Below the pieces are notes generated by a model, which was given only the letters and a program-made list of their open reading frames with translations, did no database searches and was not told the origin of the DNA. 64,000 nt of DNA from Paramoeba atlantica (lineage: Eukaryota; Protista; Discosea): the NCBI GenBank assembly GCA_977017575.1, contig CDRNVI010000184.1:1-64000 (forward strand), in the 5' to 3' direction. Below, piece by piece: positions 1 through 11,420 of the stretch (position 1 is its first letter; each line of letters opens with the position of its first letter). The position numbers were made by a program, and so were the translations under genes.

Positions 1-284
1 TTTCCCTCTTCCCCTCTCCTCTTCCCTCCTTCTCTCCTCCTTGTCTCCTTCTCTCCTTCTTCCTCTTTCCCTTTTTTTTTTTACTTTTTTTTTTTTAATT
101 TAATTCTTTTTTTCATCTCGCTTTTTTCTTTTTTCTCTTTCCTCTTTTCTTCCCTCTCCTTTCGCTCTTTCCTCCCTGGCAGGGGAAAAAATTATTTTAG
201 CACAAAAAAAAAGATTTTAGGGTTCATAATTTTTCAAAAAAAAAAAAGAAAAAAAGAAAAAAAGAAAAAAAAAGAAAAAAAAAG

Positions 285-316
<32 letters not shown>

Positions 317-379
317 AAAAAGAGAAAAAAAGAAAAAAAAAGAAAAAAAAAGAAAAAAAAAGAAAAAAAAGAAGAAAAA

Positions 380-434
380 AAAGAACTTGTCTGGTGGGAT
401 CTCAAGTCTCCCTGACTCCCTAACTCCCCAACTC

Positions 435-465
<31 letters not shown>

Positions 466-2600
466 AGTGAGAATTGGATCATCTTCTGGGACATTTCAAT
501 TCTTTGAGGGTCCCAAATCGCTGAAAAATATCAAAGAAGAAAAAAGAGTTGTTTGAGCAAATCAAAAGAACTTTAATTTGTTCATAAAACTCCAAAACAT
601 CACCACAAAAATCCTTTTAATTGTTCTGTCTTTCTTGATTTTTGATTATATTATCATCTAACAGAAAAAGAAAAAAGAAAAGAAAGAAAAATTAGTTTTC
701 CAATTAAAAAAACAAAGAAAAACAAAGAAAAACAAAGAAAAACAAAGAAAAACAAAGAAAAACAAAGAAAAGAAAAAAAACACATCATCACAAAACACCC
801 AACAAAATAAAGGTTTTTGATCTTGGGTTGGTGGTGGAAAGAAAAAGAGAACGAAAAAGAAAAAGAAAATCAAAAAAGGAAAAAGGAAAAAAAAAAAAAG
901 AAAAAAGAAAAAAGAAAAAAAAGAAAAAAAAAAGAAAAAAAAAAAAGAAAAAAAGAAAAAAGAAAAAGAAAAAAGGAAAAAAATACATTTGAACAAGATT
1001 CGTGAGTTGAGTGGTCCTGTGAATGAATTCTTACTGAAATACCTACAAAGAGAAAAGAAAGAAAGAAGAAAGAAAGAAAAAAGAAAGAAAGAAAGAAAGA
1101 AAGAAAGAAATAAGAGGGAAAGAAAAGAAATAAGAGTTAAAAAGGAAAAAAGAAAAAAAAGAAAAAAAAGAAAAAAAAAATAATAAAAATAATAAAATAA
1201 TAAAAAATAATAATAAAATAAATAAATAAAATAAATTAAAAAAATAAAAAAAAATAAAAAACATCCAAGTCAAATTGGAGAGTTGTCCAAATTCAGTTGG
1301 CAAAGTCCCCGTGAAGTTATTAGAAACAATGTCTCTAATAATATTATGAAAGAGAGAGAGAGAAGAAAGAGAGAAAGAGAGAGAGAAAAGTGAGAGAGAA
1401 AAGAGAGAGAAAGAAAGAAAAAAAATCATCAGAAGAATAATTTATTCAAAAAATAATCAGAAAAAAAAAGAAAAAAAAGAAAAAAAAGAAAAAAAGAAAA
1501 AAAGAAAGAAAAAAAAAAAGAAAAAAGAAAAAAAAGAAAAAAAAAAACTTTTGAAGAAGATGAGAGAGTTGTGCAAATTCAACAGGCATTGCCCCTGAAA
1601 AGAAATTCCCTTCCAGTGATCTGATAAAATCAAAAATAATTTCAATAAAAATGAAAGAAATGAAAAGATAAAAAAAAGAAAGAAAAAGAAAAAAAGAAAA
1701 AAGATAAAAAAGAAAAAGAAAAAAAATAAAAAAGAAAAAAAGAAAAAGAAAAGAAAAAGAAAAAGAAAAGAAAAAGAAAAAGAAAAAGAAAAAGAAAAAG
1801 AAAAAAAAAGAAAAAAGAAAAAATTACAAGTCAGTTAAAGAACGAAGTTTTGAAATTTTGTCCAAGATTTTTTCTCCTTTCAGTCAATTGACTCCTAAAA
1901 AAGAAAGAAAGAAAAGAGAAGAGAAGAAAAGAGAAGAAAAGAGAAGAGAAGAGAAGAAAAGAAAAGAGAAGAGAAGAGAAGAAGAGAAGAGAAGAGAAGA
2001 GAAGAGAAGAGAAAAAGAAAGGAAAGGAAAAGAAAGAAAAGGAAAAGAAAAAAGAAAGAAAAGAAAATGATAAAATTATTAAAAGAATAATAAAAAAAAG
2101 AAAAAAAATAAAATAATAAAATAATAAAATAATAAAATCATAAAATAAAATAAAAATAAAAATAAAATCAAAATCAAAATCAAAAATAAAAATAAAATAA
2201 AAAATAAAAATAAAAATAAAAATAAAAATAAAAATAAAAAAAAACATAATTAGGCATGACGAAGATTTTCAATTTCTGATGGAACAGTCCCTCTGTCAGA
2301 AAGATCTCTAGAAAGAGAAGAGAGAGAAGAGAGAGAGGGAGAGAGGGAGAGAAAAGGGGAGAGAGAAGAGAGAAGAAAGGAAAAGTTAAAAGAAAAAGAA
2401 AAAAGAGAGAGAAAAGTTAAAAGAAAAGAAAGAAAAAGAAAAAGAAAAGAAAGAAAAAGAAAAAAAAAAGAAAAAAAAAAGAAAAAAAAAAGAAAAAAAA
2501 AAGAAAAAAAAAAAGAAAAAGAAACAAATAAAACAAGAGAAGAAAGAACTCCAATTTCGGTTGGTCCCACCTAAGACAGTTGTCTGCCAAAAGCCTTTTT
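380..2600 (-). pseudogene. LRR-repeat protein gene, copy 1 (six LRR exons plus downstream exons), disrupted
   Basis: GT-AG bounded exons encode plant-type extracellular LRR units, e.g. 1263-1334 (72 nt) DIVSNNFTGTLPTEFGQLSNLTW and ~1546-1617 SLEGNFFSGAMPVEFAQLSHLLQ. Compared with copy 2, other exons carry deletions (~16 nt near 1010, 9 nt near 2300), a TAA, and an AATCGA>AATTGA change. Confidence 0.85.
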
Positions 2601-2795
2601 TAACAAATAATAGAAAGAGAGAAGAGAAAGAGAAGAGAGAAGAGAGAAGAGAGAGAGAAAGAGAAAGAGAAATCAGAAGAGAAAGAGAAAGAAGAGAAGC
2701 AAAAAAAAAAAAAAAAAACAAGAGACTCTGCATGGGGGGTTGTGGTGTTGCCCTCCTCCTCTCCCATTCTCTCTCCCCCCCCCCCCCCATCCAAG

Positions 2796-2960
2796 AACCT
2801 CCCCCCTGGGAACACACACTCTCTCTCTCTCTCCCCAGAACCTTCTTCCCCTTCCTCTCCCTCCTCTCCGAAACCTCCCCCCTGGGAACACACACTCTCT
2901 CTCTCTCTCTCTCTCTCTCCCCGGAACCTTCTTCCCCTCTTCCTCTCCCTCCTCTCCGAA
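2796..2960. repeat. Two tandem copies of an ~80-85 bp C-rich unit with an internal (CT)n tract
   Basis: aacctcccccctgggaacacacac(tc)n-ccc.gaaccttcttcccc..ttcctctccctcctctccga occurs twice in succession. Confidence 0.85.
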
Positions 2961-3517
2961 AAAAACCAGTTGGACCTGAAATAGAGGTCCATTTCCCTTT
3001 TTTTTTTTTTTTTTTTTTCTTGTGGGTGTTTGTGGTTTTTTCTCTTTCTCTCTTTTTCTCTTCTTCTCGGTCACTCTTCTCTTTTCTTTTGGTGGTTGTG
3101 ATCTCTTTCTTTCTGTTTTTTTTTTTCACATCCTTTTCTTTTCCTTTTTTACTTCTTTCTTGTTCTTTCTTTCTTCTTCAAGACCATCACTCTCTTTTTC
3201 CTTGATTTGTTTTTTGTTTTCCGTTTTATGTTTTTCCTTTCAGTCCCGCCCCTAAAACAAGTTTTTTATTCTGAGAAAAGAGAGTTAAAACAAGAAGAGA
3301 GATCACAAAGAAATTCTTTTCGACAAACCTTTGTCCACAAACAAAATTGAGGTTTTTTCTTTTCTCTTCTTTTCCTCTCTTTTCTTTTCTCTCTTCTTTC
3401 TTTTCTCTCTTTTTCTTTTTTCTCTTCTTTCTTTTCTCTTCTTTCTTTTTCTCTTTTCTTTTTTGTTAATTTTGAGTAATTGGATTGATAAAAAGGAGAA
3501 AAAAAAGAAGGGAAAGT

Positions 3518-3636
3518 GTCTTCGGTCATACCCAGTTGAAAGCACCCGATCCCATCAGAACTCGGAAGTTAAGCAGCTGTGGGCTCGGTTAGTAGAATGG
3601 TGGGTGACCACATTCGAATCCCGAGTGCTGAAGACC
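3518..3636 (+). rRNA. 5S rRNA gene
   Basis: 119 nt. Terminal stem GTCTTCGG/CTGAAGAC, conserved eukaryotic 5S motifs CATAC, CCCGATCCCATC.GAACTCGGAAGTTAAGC and GGTTAGTA...TGGGTGACC, followed by a T-rich Pol III terminator. Confidence 0.95.
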
Positions 3637-3970
3637 TTCTCTTTTTCTCTTTTTCTTTTTCTTTCTTTTTCTTTCCCTTTTTTTCTTTTTTTTTTTTTTC
3701 TTTTTCTTTTTTTCTTTCCCTTTTTTTTTAATTTTCTTTTTGTTGAAAAACAGGTCCGAGGAAAACACAAATTTGATTCTGGTTCAGTCTTTTTCTTGTT
3801 ATTCTATTTGCAGATTGTGGTGTGCCTCCACACAAATATTCGAGAGAAAATATTCAAAATAAGGAGGGTGTGTTTTGTTATTTTTGGTTCCCTCTTTTCT
3901 TGATCATTTCCCCCCAAAAGATGTTCCACAAAAAAAGCAAAAAAGAGTTTTGAAGGCATAGAATTATTAT

Positions 3971-4022
3971 TATTACTCTCCGAGTTACGAATTTTCACAA
4001 ATTAGCAACTCAGAGAGTATTA
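3971..4022. repeat. ~50-bp hairpin family member (mini-MITE or recombination-site-like)
   Basis: Arms tactctccgagtt/aactcagagagta around spacer acgaattttcacaaattagc; homologous to 20758-20807, 37365-37414 and 40685-40733. Confidence 0.65.
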
Positions 4023-4275
4023 CAAGAAGATATCCCTCCACAGTGGCCAACATCCCCTTTCATCTAAATTATGATTTTTAAGGAAGAAAAAGTGAGAGTT
4101 ATTGGGAGACTAAACAGAGAAAAGAAGGAAAAAAGGGAGAGTGTGTGTGTTGTTTGTTGTTTAACAAGATGCACCCCAACAATGTGAGAGAAAAGAATAA
4201 ATAAATAAACCAAAAAAGTGGGATATTCAAAAAGAGAGATTTTATTTTGAAAGGATGATTTTGAAGATCTCCTTT

Positions 4276-5305
4276 CTATTTCCATCTTTTTTCCTTTGGG
4301 GGAGAATAATTCTTTTTGGGAGAACCATGAGAGTAACGGGAATGTTTACAATGACCATCTTTTCCTTTTCTCTTATTCATAAAAAACTTCTCATCCTTCT
4401 GTTCTTCTGATTGTTCTTCCACTTCAGTCAGGGCCAACCTCTCTGTGATTTCTTCCAAACGCCTCTTGAGAATAATTTCTGTTTCCATCATCTTTTTTGA
4501 CTTCTTTTCTTTCGCTTCAAGATTACAAAGTCTTCTTTCGATGTTCCGTTGTTGATTCTGAAGTTTTCTCAATTGTCCAAACGATCTTGGTTTACCACAA
4601 TCTTCTTTTTCCTCTTCCTCTTCCTCTTCCTCTTCCTCTTGGACTGTCTCATCAGACAATTCAGCTTCTTCAATATTCTCCTCCTCTTGTTTGATAGCAA
4701 CAACAACTTCACTTTTCTCTTGACTTTTCAAATCAACAAGATTCTCTCGAACTTGGGTTTTGTTTTCAGTCAACTGTTCCTTTCTTCGTTGAAGAGCCAC
4801 AATCTTTTCTTCAAGAACATCAATCTGATCTGCCAGTTTCTCGTCACGCTTACTGAGCATTTCAATCTTCTTCTCTCTTCTGTTGTTCCTTGAGTCTTTT
4901 CTGAGGGTTCTCAGAAACTGAATCATCATCAGTACTCTCATCACTCGCTTTCTCTTCATCATCATCATCATCCACTCGATTTTCAATCTCCTGATGACTC
5001 TTCACTGCTGTCACCATCTTGTTGTCCTTTTTGGGGAGAACAAACAAAGCGTCTTCCAAGTCTTGATTACGTTTCACAAAGACAACATCACACTCATCAT
5101 TGAGATAGAACACTCGAACTGCAGCAGTCGAAGTTCCGTACACATCCTGGATCTTCCTTCGCAGACTTCGAAAGTCTTGAGCTTGAATAGAACACACTTC
5201 TCCATTCTCAGTGTTTCGAACTTCCCACTGCTGTTCTTCTTCTTCCTTCTCGAGGTTTTTTGATCAAACAACGATCGACGACATCAACTGAACTCTCATC
5301 ACCAT
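4276..5305 (-). pseudogene. PB1-domain / acidic coiled-coil protein, copy 1
   Basis: LRRKIQDVY...RVFYLNDECDVVFVKRNQDLEDAL resembles a PB1 domain with an OPCA-like acidic motif. There is an in-frame TGA near 5262 and a 2-nt deletion frameshift near 4870 relative to copy 2. Confidence 0.7.
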
Positions 5306-5905
5306 GTTGGATTGTTGTTTTTCTGTTTCAAGTTATCCAGAAAAAGAAATGTTTTGAATTAAAAACAAAACCTGAGAGAAGAAGTGGTTGCGTTTGTTGT
5401 CGTTCATGGAAGGGGATAAGAGGAAGAGGGGGTGATGGTGAGAAGGAACACCAACCCCACAAACCACAAAAAAAACAAAAAACAAAATCACCGAAAGCAA
5501 CAAAACGCAGGGTGGGAGGTTCAATTCCCACAAAATTTTCCTTTTTTTTTTTTTATTTTTTATTTTTTTTTATTCAGTGAAGGTGTTGGGCGGACTTGGA
5601 CAAAACTTTTTCAAAACAACGAAAAAAGAGGTTGGGAGTGGTTGTCTTTGAAAAATGAGAAACCACACCCAATGGATACTTCACTGAACTGAGCCAACTT
5701 TTTCCAAGAACAGGTTTCTTTGTCCCCTCCTCGACCCAACACACCAAAAAACACAAAAACAAAAAAAACAAAACAAAAAAAACAAAACAAAAAAAACAAA
5801 ACAAAAAAAACAAAACAAAAAACACAAAACCAAAACACAAAAACAAAACAAAAAAAACAGTGCCCCTTCTTGTGTGATTGTGATTGATTGACAAATACTA
5901 CTACT

Positions 5906-6358
5906 ATGGCTTCCGTGGTTCAATTTTCTGATGAATGTATCTCTATTGCTCGCTCCGTCAAATCCGGAAAATCAAAAGGATGTATCTTCTTGATCGATGA
6001 TGGAAAATGTCAAACTGATTATCATGATTTATCGAAAAGTGAGGATGTGGTGGATGGGCGAACAGAATGGGCTGAATTCACGACTCATCTCCCAAGAGAC
6101 AAATGTGCATATGGATTGACTCACATCAAATACATCTCTCCTTCTGATCATGTCAAAAGGAGTAAGTTAGTGTTTGTGATGTGGGCACCTGACAGAGCTA
6201 AAATCAAAGAAAAGATGGTTGTTTCTTTTTCTGCAAATGGAATTGTTGGAAAGATTGGAGAAGGTGGGATTTCTTGTCGACTTCAGGGTGGTTCGGTTGC
6301 ATCTGTTGATTATGATGAAGTTTTGGAACATGCATTGGCGCAATCTACAGTGAAGTGA
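5906..6358 (+). CDS. ADF/cofilin (actin-depolymerizing factor homology) protein, 150 aa, intronless
   Basis: ATG at 5906. MASVVQFSDECI...LPRDKCAYG...RSKLVFVMWAPDRAKIKEKM matches the ADF-H pattern (MASGV..SDEC, LP...CRY, KIVFI.W.PD.A.IK.KM). The ORF is uninterrupted. Confidence 0.9.
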   Translation: MASVVQFSDECISIARSVKSGKSKGCIFLIDDGKCQTDYHDLSKSEDVVDGRTEWAEFTTHLPRDKCAYGLTHIKYISPSDHVKRSKLVFVMWAPDRAKIKEKMVVSFSANGIVGKIGEGGISCRLQGGSVASVDYDEVLEHALAQSTVK

Positions 6359-8149
6359 AAAACAGAAATGAGGAGATTCCCCCTTCCCTCTCTCTCTCTC
6401 TCTCTCTTCCTCTCTCTCCTCTCTCCTTTCTTGGGTGGAGGGAGTGGAGGAGGGGTGTGTCTGTTTCAAAAGTTGATTTATGAAAGAGGAGACAAAAAAA
6501 TGACTCCTCTCTTCTCTTTCCTCTTCTTCTTTTTTGAATTCCATGAAAATTATTTACTTTAATTTTTAATAAAAGAGATCCTTTTTCACATTGTCTCTTC
6601 TTGCTGCTTTGTTTTTTCAAACCTTTTCTTTCGACAACACAGATTTAGTTTGCTAAAAGTGCGCTAATTTTTTTTTTTGTTTTTTTTTTGTTTTCCCTTC
6701 TTGTTCCCTGATACAAAACAAGAGAGGCAAGAGGGAGAAAAGGAAGAAAGAACACCGACCTTGAAGTTAAAAGAAAAAAAGAAAACAGATTTTCAAAAAA
6801 GAGTGATCAAAGAAAAAAAAGAGAGAAAAAAAAGAAAACAACCAACTTGTTTCTTTTTTCCTTTTTCGAGAGAGAGGCAAGAGGGGTTTGAAATTGAGCG
6901 AATTGGGAATGGCGTGGGGGGCAATTGGGTTATCCACACCAAAAAGACAAAAGGTTATTTTTTTCTTTTCTTTTCTTTTTTAAATCTTTTTGTTTGTCAT
7001 GTTTTGTCATGTGGTTATATTTTGTGAGTGTGGTGTGTGATGTGATGTGATGTTTGTTGTTTTCAGCTTTTGGGATTGGGGTTGGGGATTGGTTGGTTTT
7101 TCTCCTTTTAGTTTCCCTCCTTTTTTTTAATCTTTTTCTTCTCTTTTTCACTTTGTTTTTTTCTTTCTTTCTCTCTTTCTTCTTTTTTTCTCTTTTTTTT
7201 CTTTGACTTTGGTGTTTGGGATTTTTGAATTCTTCATTTTTCCTTTGTCTCTCCTTTCTCCCTTTCTCCTTTTTTTTCTTTACTTTTTTTCTTTTCTTAT
7301 TTTTTTTCTATCTTTTAAAAGAATTCTAATACCAATATTCTTTTCTCTTCAGGTTTTACATTCCATGAATTGACCACTACAACCAATCTATTTTTGCACA
7401 TCTCAAAATGTTGAGGCGATTTCTTTATCAGATCTAAGAGAAAAAAAAGAGTTGGAATTCTTGTTTGACGTGTTTCTTGGGTCTCTATAGCCAAGTCTAA
7501 GAGAGTTAAAGAGTTATATTGTAGGGCTGTCTGGCTAAGTATCCAAAGAGAACCACTTTGATCACTTTTTCATATGGTTTGTTAACTTTTTTTTATTTTT
7601 ATTTTTATTTTTAGTTGATTGTGTTTTTTTAGTCTGTTTTTTTTTGTTGTTGTTGATATCCTCTTTTCTTTTTTTTTTGTTCTATTTTTTTTTTTCTCAT
7701 CTCTCTTCTCACACTCAAGTTCATCTTATAACACAGGTGATCTTGCTATATTGTTCAGGGTTAAGTGTTAGTAATTTATTGGGGTGTTTTGTTTTGCAAC
7801 ATCCAAAGTTTTTGAGATTGTGAGATGTTTGTAAAAGAATCTCATTTTTGGGCAAATGATCAGGGAAGATGATGGAGATTGCAGAGCAAAGAGAAAAACA
7901 AAGGAGCAAAAAGATAAAACTGGAATCAAAATGTTATCTTCTTTTTCTTTTTTTCTTTTCTTTACTTTTTCTTTTTCTTCTGTCTTTTCCTTTTTTTCTT
8001 TATTCTTTCTTTATTCTTTCTTTATTCTTTCTTTTTTCCTTTTTCCTTTGAGGTAAACCTGATTTTTTTTTTGGTTCAAAATAAACCTGCAGAAGAAGAG
8101 GCTGGACAAATTTCTTTTTCAGATTTGCCCTTGGTGAAGGAGACTCATG

Positions 8150-9000
8150 AGGGTGATTCTTGCGATAATGTTTGATTAAATCAGGAGCAGAGATGGTGTC
8201 TGATAGCTTTTCCAACACAGTAGTCCTTCTATTAAAGTGTTCCATCCTCATCAATGTGGTGTTCATGAATCTCTTTCACTTTGTAATTGTAATCATCTCT
8301 GTGGTTAAAATCATCCATCTTATTCAATTCAAGGACACATGCAGGAGGGGTTGGTTTTGTATTTGTCCTTCTTCATAATTAACAGAGATCTCATATATCT
8401 TTACTTTTAATTCCTTTAGGTGCATAATATTTTTGTGGCACATGTTCTATTGTTCTAGATTGAAATGATCAGCAGAAGTGGTGACTGCTATTTCTTGTCA
8501 ATATGCCTCTGTTGTATCCAATACCATTGATGGATGTCTACCAAAGTGAATGAAGAATGAAGTGAAGAGGAATTAGGAGATCCCAATCATCTTCAATGAT
8601 CATGGATGGATATATATATATGCTTAAATGACCTTGATTTGCCAAATCAGCTGTGAAGCTGGTTTGAGAATTCAAAGCCATTGTCAGGGTTATAATCTTG
8701 ATAGGCATAGAGTTGATGCAGGTGTGTATTGCATAAAGCAATTTCTGCAATTGTTTTTGCATTTCTGTGGCTGGGAGATTGGGTAGATTTGGATGGATCC
8801 ATCAAAATTGTCACAATTACAGGCAAAAGTGAATCCTTGTATGATGGTATTTTGGTCCAGGGGGTGCAGGCAGTGGCCTAGGAGGATATGGAGTAAAGAA
8901 GAGGTTTGAGTCTTGCTCCTCTCATTCCTTTTTTTGTTTTTTTTGTTGTTGTCTTGACATTCCAAACAGTTTTGGCAAAAGGAGTAAATGTATGGGTATA
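8150..9000 (-). mobile_element. Degenerate Ty3/gypsy-type integrase with chromodomain-like tail
   Basis: Stop-interrupted segments RPLPAPPGPKY...PIKIITL, DDWDLLIPL, MEHFNR (VERFNR-like) and YKVKEIHEHHIDENG. Almost no CpG remains. Confidence 0.5.
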
Positions 9001-9999
9001 TGATTTAGGAAAAACAGAATGATGAGTCAGAGACTGCTTGATCCAAAGCGCTTCTCAAACTTTCTGTGACCACCATTTAGTATTTCACCCCAAAAGTGAT
9101 TGAGGTAGGACTGCTGGAGGCAACCCTCTTTCTCTTTAGGGTTACATTTCAGCCACTTTTCTGAGGATTCCTGCTGGGTCTATCCAGAATTTGTGGGTTT
9201 TTGTTTGAAGCATTTTTTGGTTGTTTCTTTAGAGGAAGAATTCCACACAGATGATAGTCAATTATTTTAGTGCAGAAGGGATATCATCTTGCTATGCTTG
9301 AGCAAAAGGCTTGGTAATTCAACTGATTTGGGAATTGGTCTCCCTCTCAAGTGTGTGAATTGATTTTAAGAGGGTGTTAAACATTTGAACATCTGGGATG
9401 CTTTTGTCTTGTTCCTCTTTTTTTGGTTGGTTTTTGCCATAAGATCATTTTGTTTGTCAAGAATATCTTGTATTTGGCAGCAAAAGTGAATGTCTCTGTT
9501 AACTGCTCTGGTTTTCTTTGTATCATATGTGATATTTTGTGTCAGCTGAGCGCATCAGAGGAATTGCTATTTGTCTTCCTGGCTTGTGGATTACTTTTTG
9601 ACATTGTATTTCATGATTCTTGTGCAATCTAGTCTCAAAATATTGTGTGGTCTGTGGGTTTTTTTTTCGGATTTGAATACTCTTGAGAGAGCTGGGACAA
9701 TGCCTCTATGCACTTCAAATCAACAGGTGGCCTTGGGTAGAAGTATTCCCTCCAGCCTCATATGGGTTTGGTTTGATTTGAGTTATGTTGTGCAATGGGT
9801 TTCAAAATGGATGTTGTATGCAGAGAATTGAGAATCATATTGTAGAAGTTGTAAAGTAAAAGGACAAGGGAAAAACCACAAAACATGGAAAGCCCTTGGA
9901 TGAGGGAAAACTGGAATGTGAGCACAGTGCAAAAAACCCTCCAGGAATGAGAATAGTCGAATATGTGAGGAAGAGAGAGAGAGAGAGGATATTGAGTAT

Positions 10000-11420
10000 G
10001 CAGGCTAAATGGGCAGATCTGAGACTGAGAGTGAACTTCTATGTTTTCAGAAAGGGTTGTCCATTTAATGCTTTGGTCAGAATGTGTGTACAGTTTGTTA
10101 GTAAGAAGTAGATTCAAAAGAAATGACCTTTGTATTATGTGCATAGTGGAGATCAAAGTAGTGGTGGGGAAGGATATGTCAGCTTCCTTTTGTAGTCTGG
10201 GGATTTGTTATTTGTGCTTCATTGTCTGTGTGTGAAAGGGAATGGGTCAAGTGTAGTTGTCATCAGTGTGTTCAAGAAGGAATGAGGCCCATCATCTCTG
10301 GTGCTATTCAAACATTTTGATCCAGCAATATAATCTCAGTATGTTGAGTGCTCTTTGGGAACGGTTTTGGAGAGAGAGGAATGCCATATATGCCCAGCAA
10401 CAATCATGTTCAGTTTCATACAATAGCCAAGGGATGATTTTCCAGTGTTGAGATCCAAGTTGTAGGAGGCCTCTGAGTGAACATTGAGAGTGATGTCAGA
10501 TGTTTTCAGTTTGTAGAGCAATCCCATCCATTTTGTTCCCTTCAAATATTTGACCACTTGTTTCAGGTGTTTCCAGTGAGACTTCTCTGGGTTTGAGGTG
10601 TATTGAGAGAGAGAGATCACAGAGTAGAGAATATTGGGATGTGTGGCCATTGCAAAATGTATAGAAGTGTTTGCCAATAATGGTGGATTGATAAGGGATG
10701 TTCTTCATATCCTCAAGTTCAGTAGTATTTCTAGTATAATGTCCTTTATGAGGTTGATATCCAAAGAAAGTGTGGGTATTCTGTGTTCCTGGTGTGTTGA
10801 CAAACCAAGAGAGTTCAAGAGGTTTTTAATTATAGCAGTTTGGAAGAGGAAGTAAGATTCATCTTTGCAGATTTGGAAGGAGATACTGAATGTGTAAGAA
10901 ACTTGCTTGAAAGTTTTAACTTGGAATTCTTTGTGAAGCTATGCAAGAGTCTTTGTGGTGTGGTTGTTGTTAGGACCAGTAATAAAGATGTTATTGTGAC
11001 CCAAAGAGCAATAATTGATCTATTGGTGTGATGGTATATAGAGCAGATTTGTTTGGAGAAGGAATATAATCAATCAATTTGAGATACTTGTCAAAATAGA
11101 TGTTCCATATTCTTCCAGCATTTGAGGCTTTATGAAGTACAACAACATTACCATCTTTTCCAAGAGAATTTCCATTGATTTTGTTCTAGTGTAGAAAAGA
11201 GGTAAATGAGTGAAAACAAGTTTTTCCATTTTTCTTTATTCAGATAAGCATTTTTTTTTGTGTAACAAGAGCAATAAGCATTCAGATACTTTCAAGGTGG
11301 GTGCAGGGAAAAAATATCTTGTTATAATAATGGATTTCCTTCTTTCATATAATATCCTTGAAGAACAAGTTGAACCTTCCATTGAGCAATATTACTAAAA
11401 ACATTGCAATTAAAAAAAAA
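10000..11420 (-). mobile_element. Degenerate Ty1/copia RT-RNase H
   Basis: AQWKVQLVLQGYY (RWKARLVAxGY-like), AMATHPNILYSVISLSQYTSNPEKSHWKHLKQVVKYLKGT, HSEASYNLDLNTGKSSLGY (YSDADWAGD...STSGY-like). Confidence 0.85.

Noticed and set aside
430-660. RGS domain call for the exon after the LRRs
   Set aside because: FCGDVLEFYEQIKEF resembles an RGS helix, but the paralogs support a different downstream frame, so the assignment is not supported.
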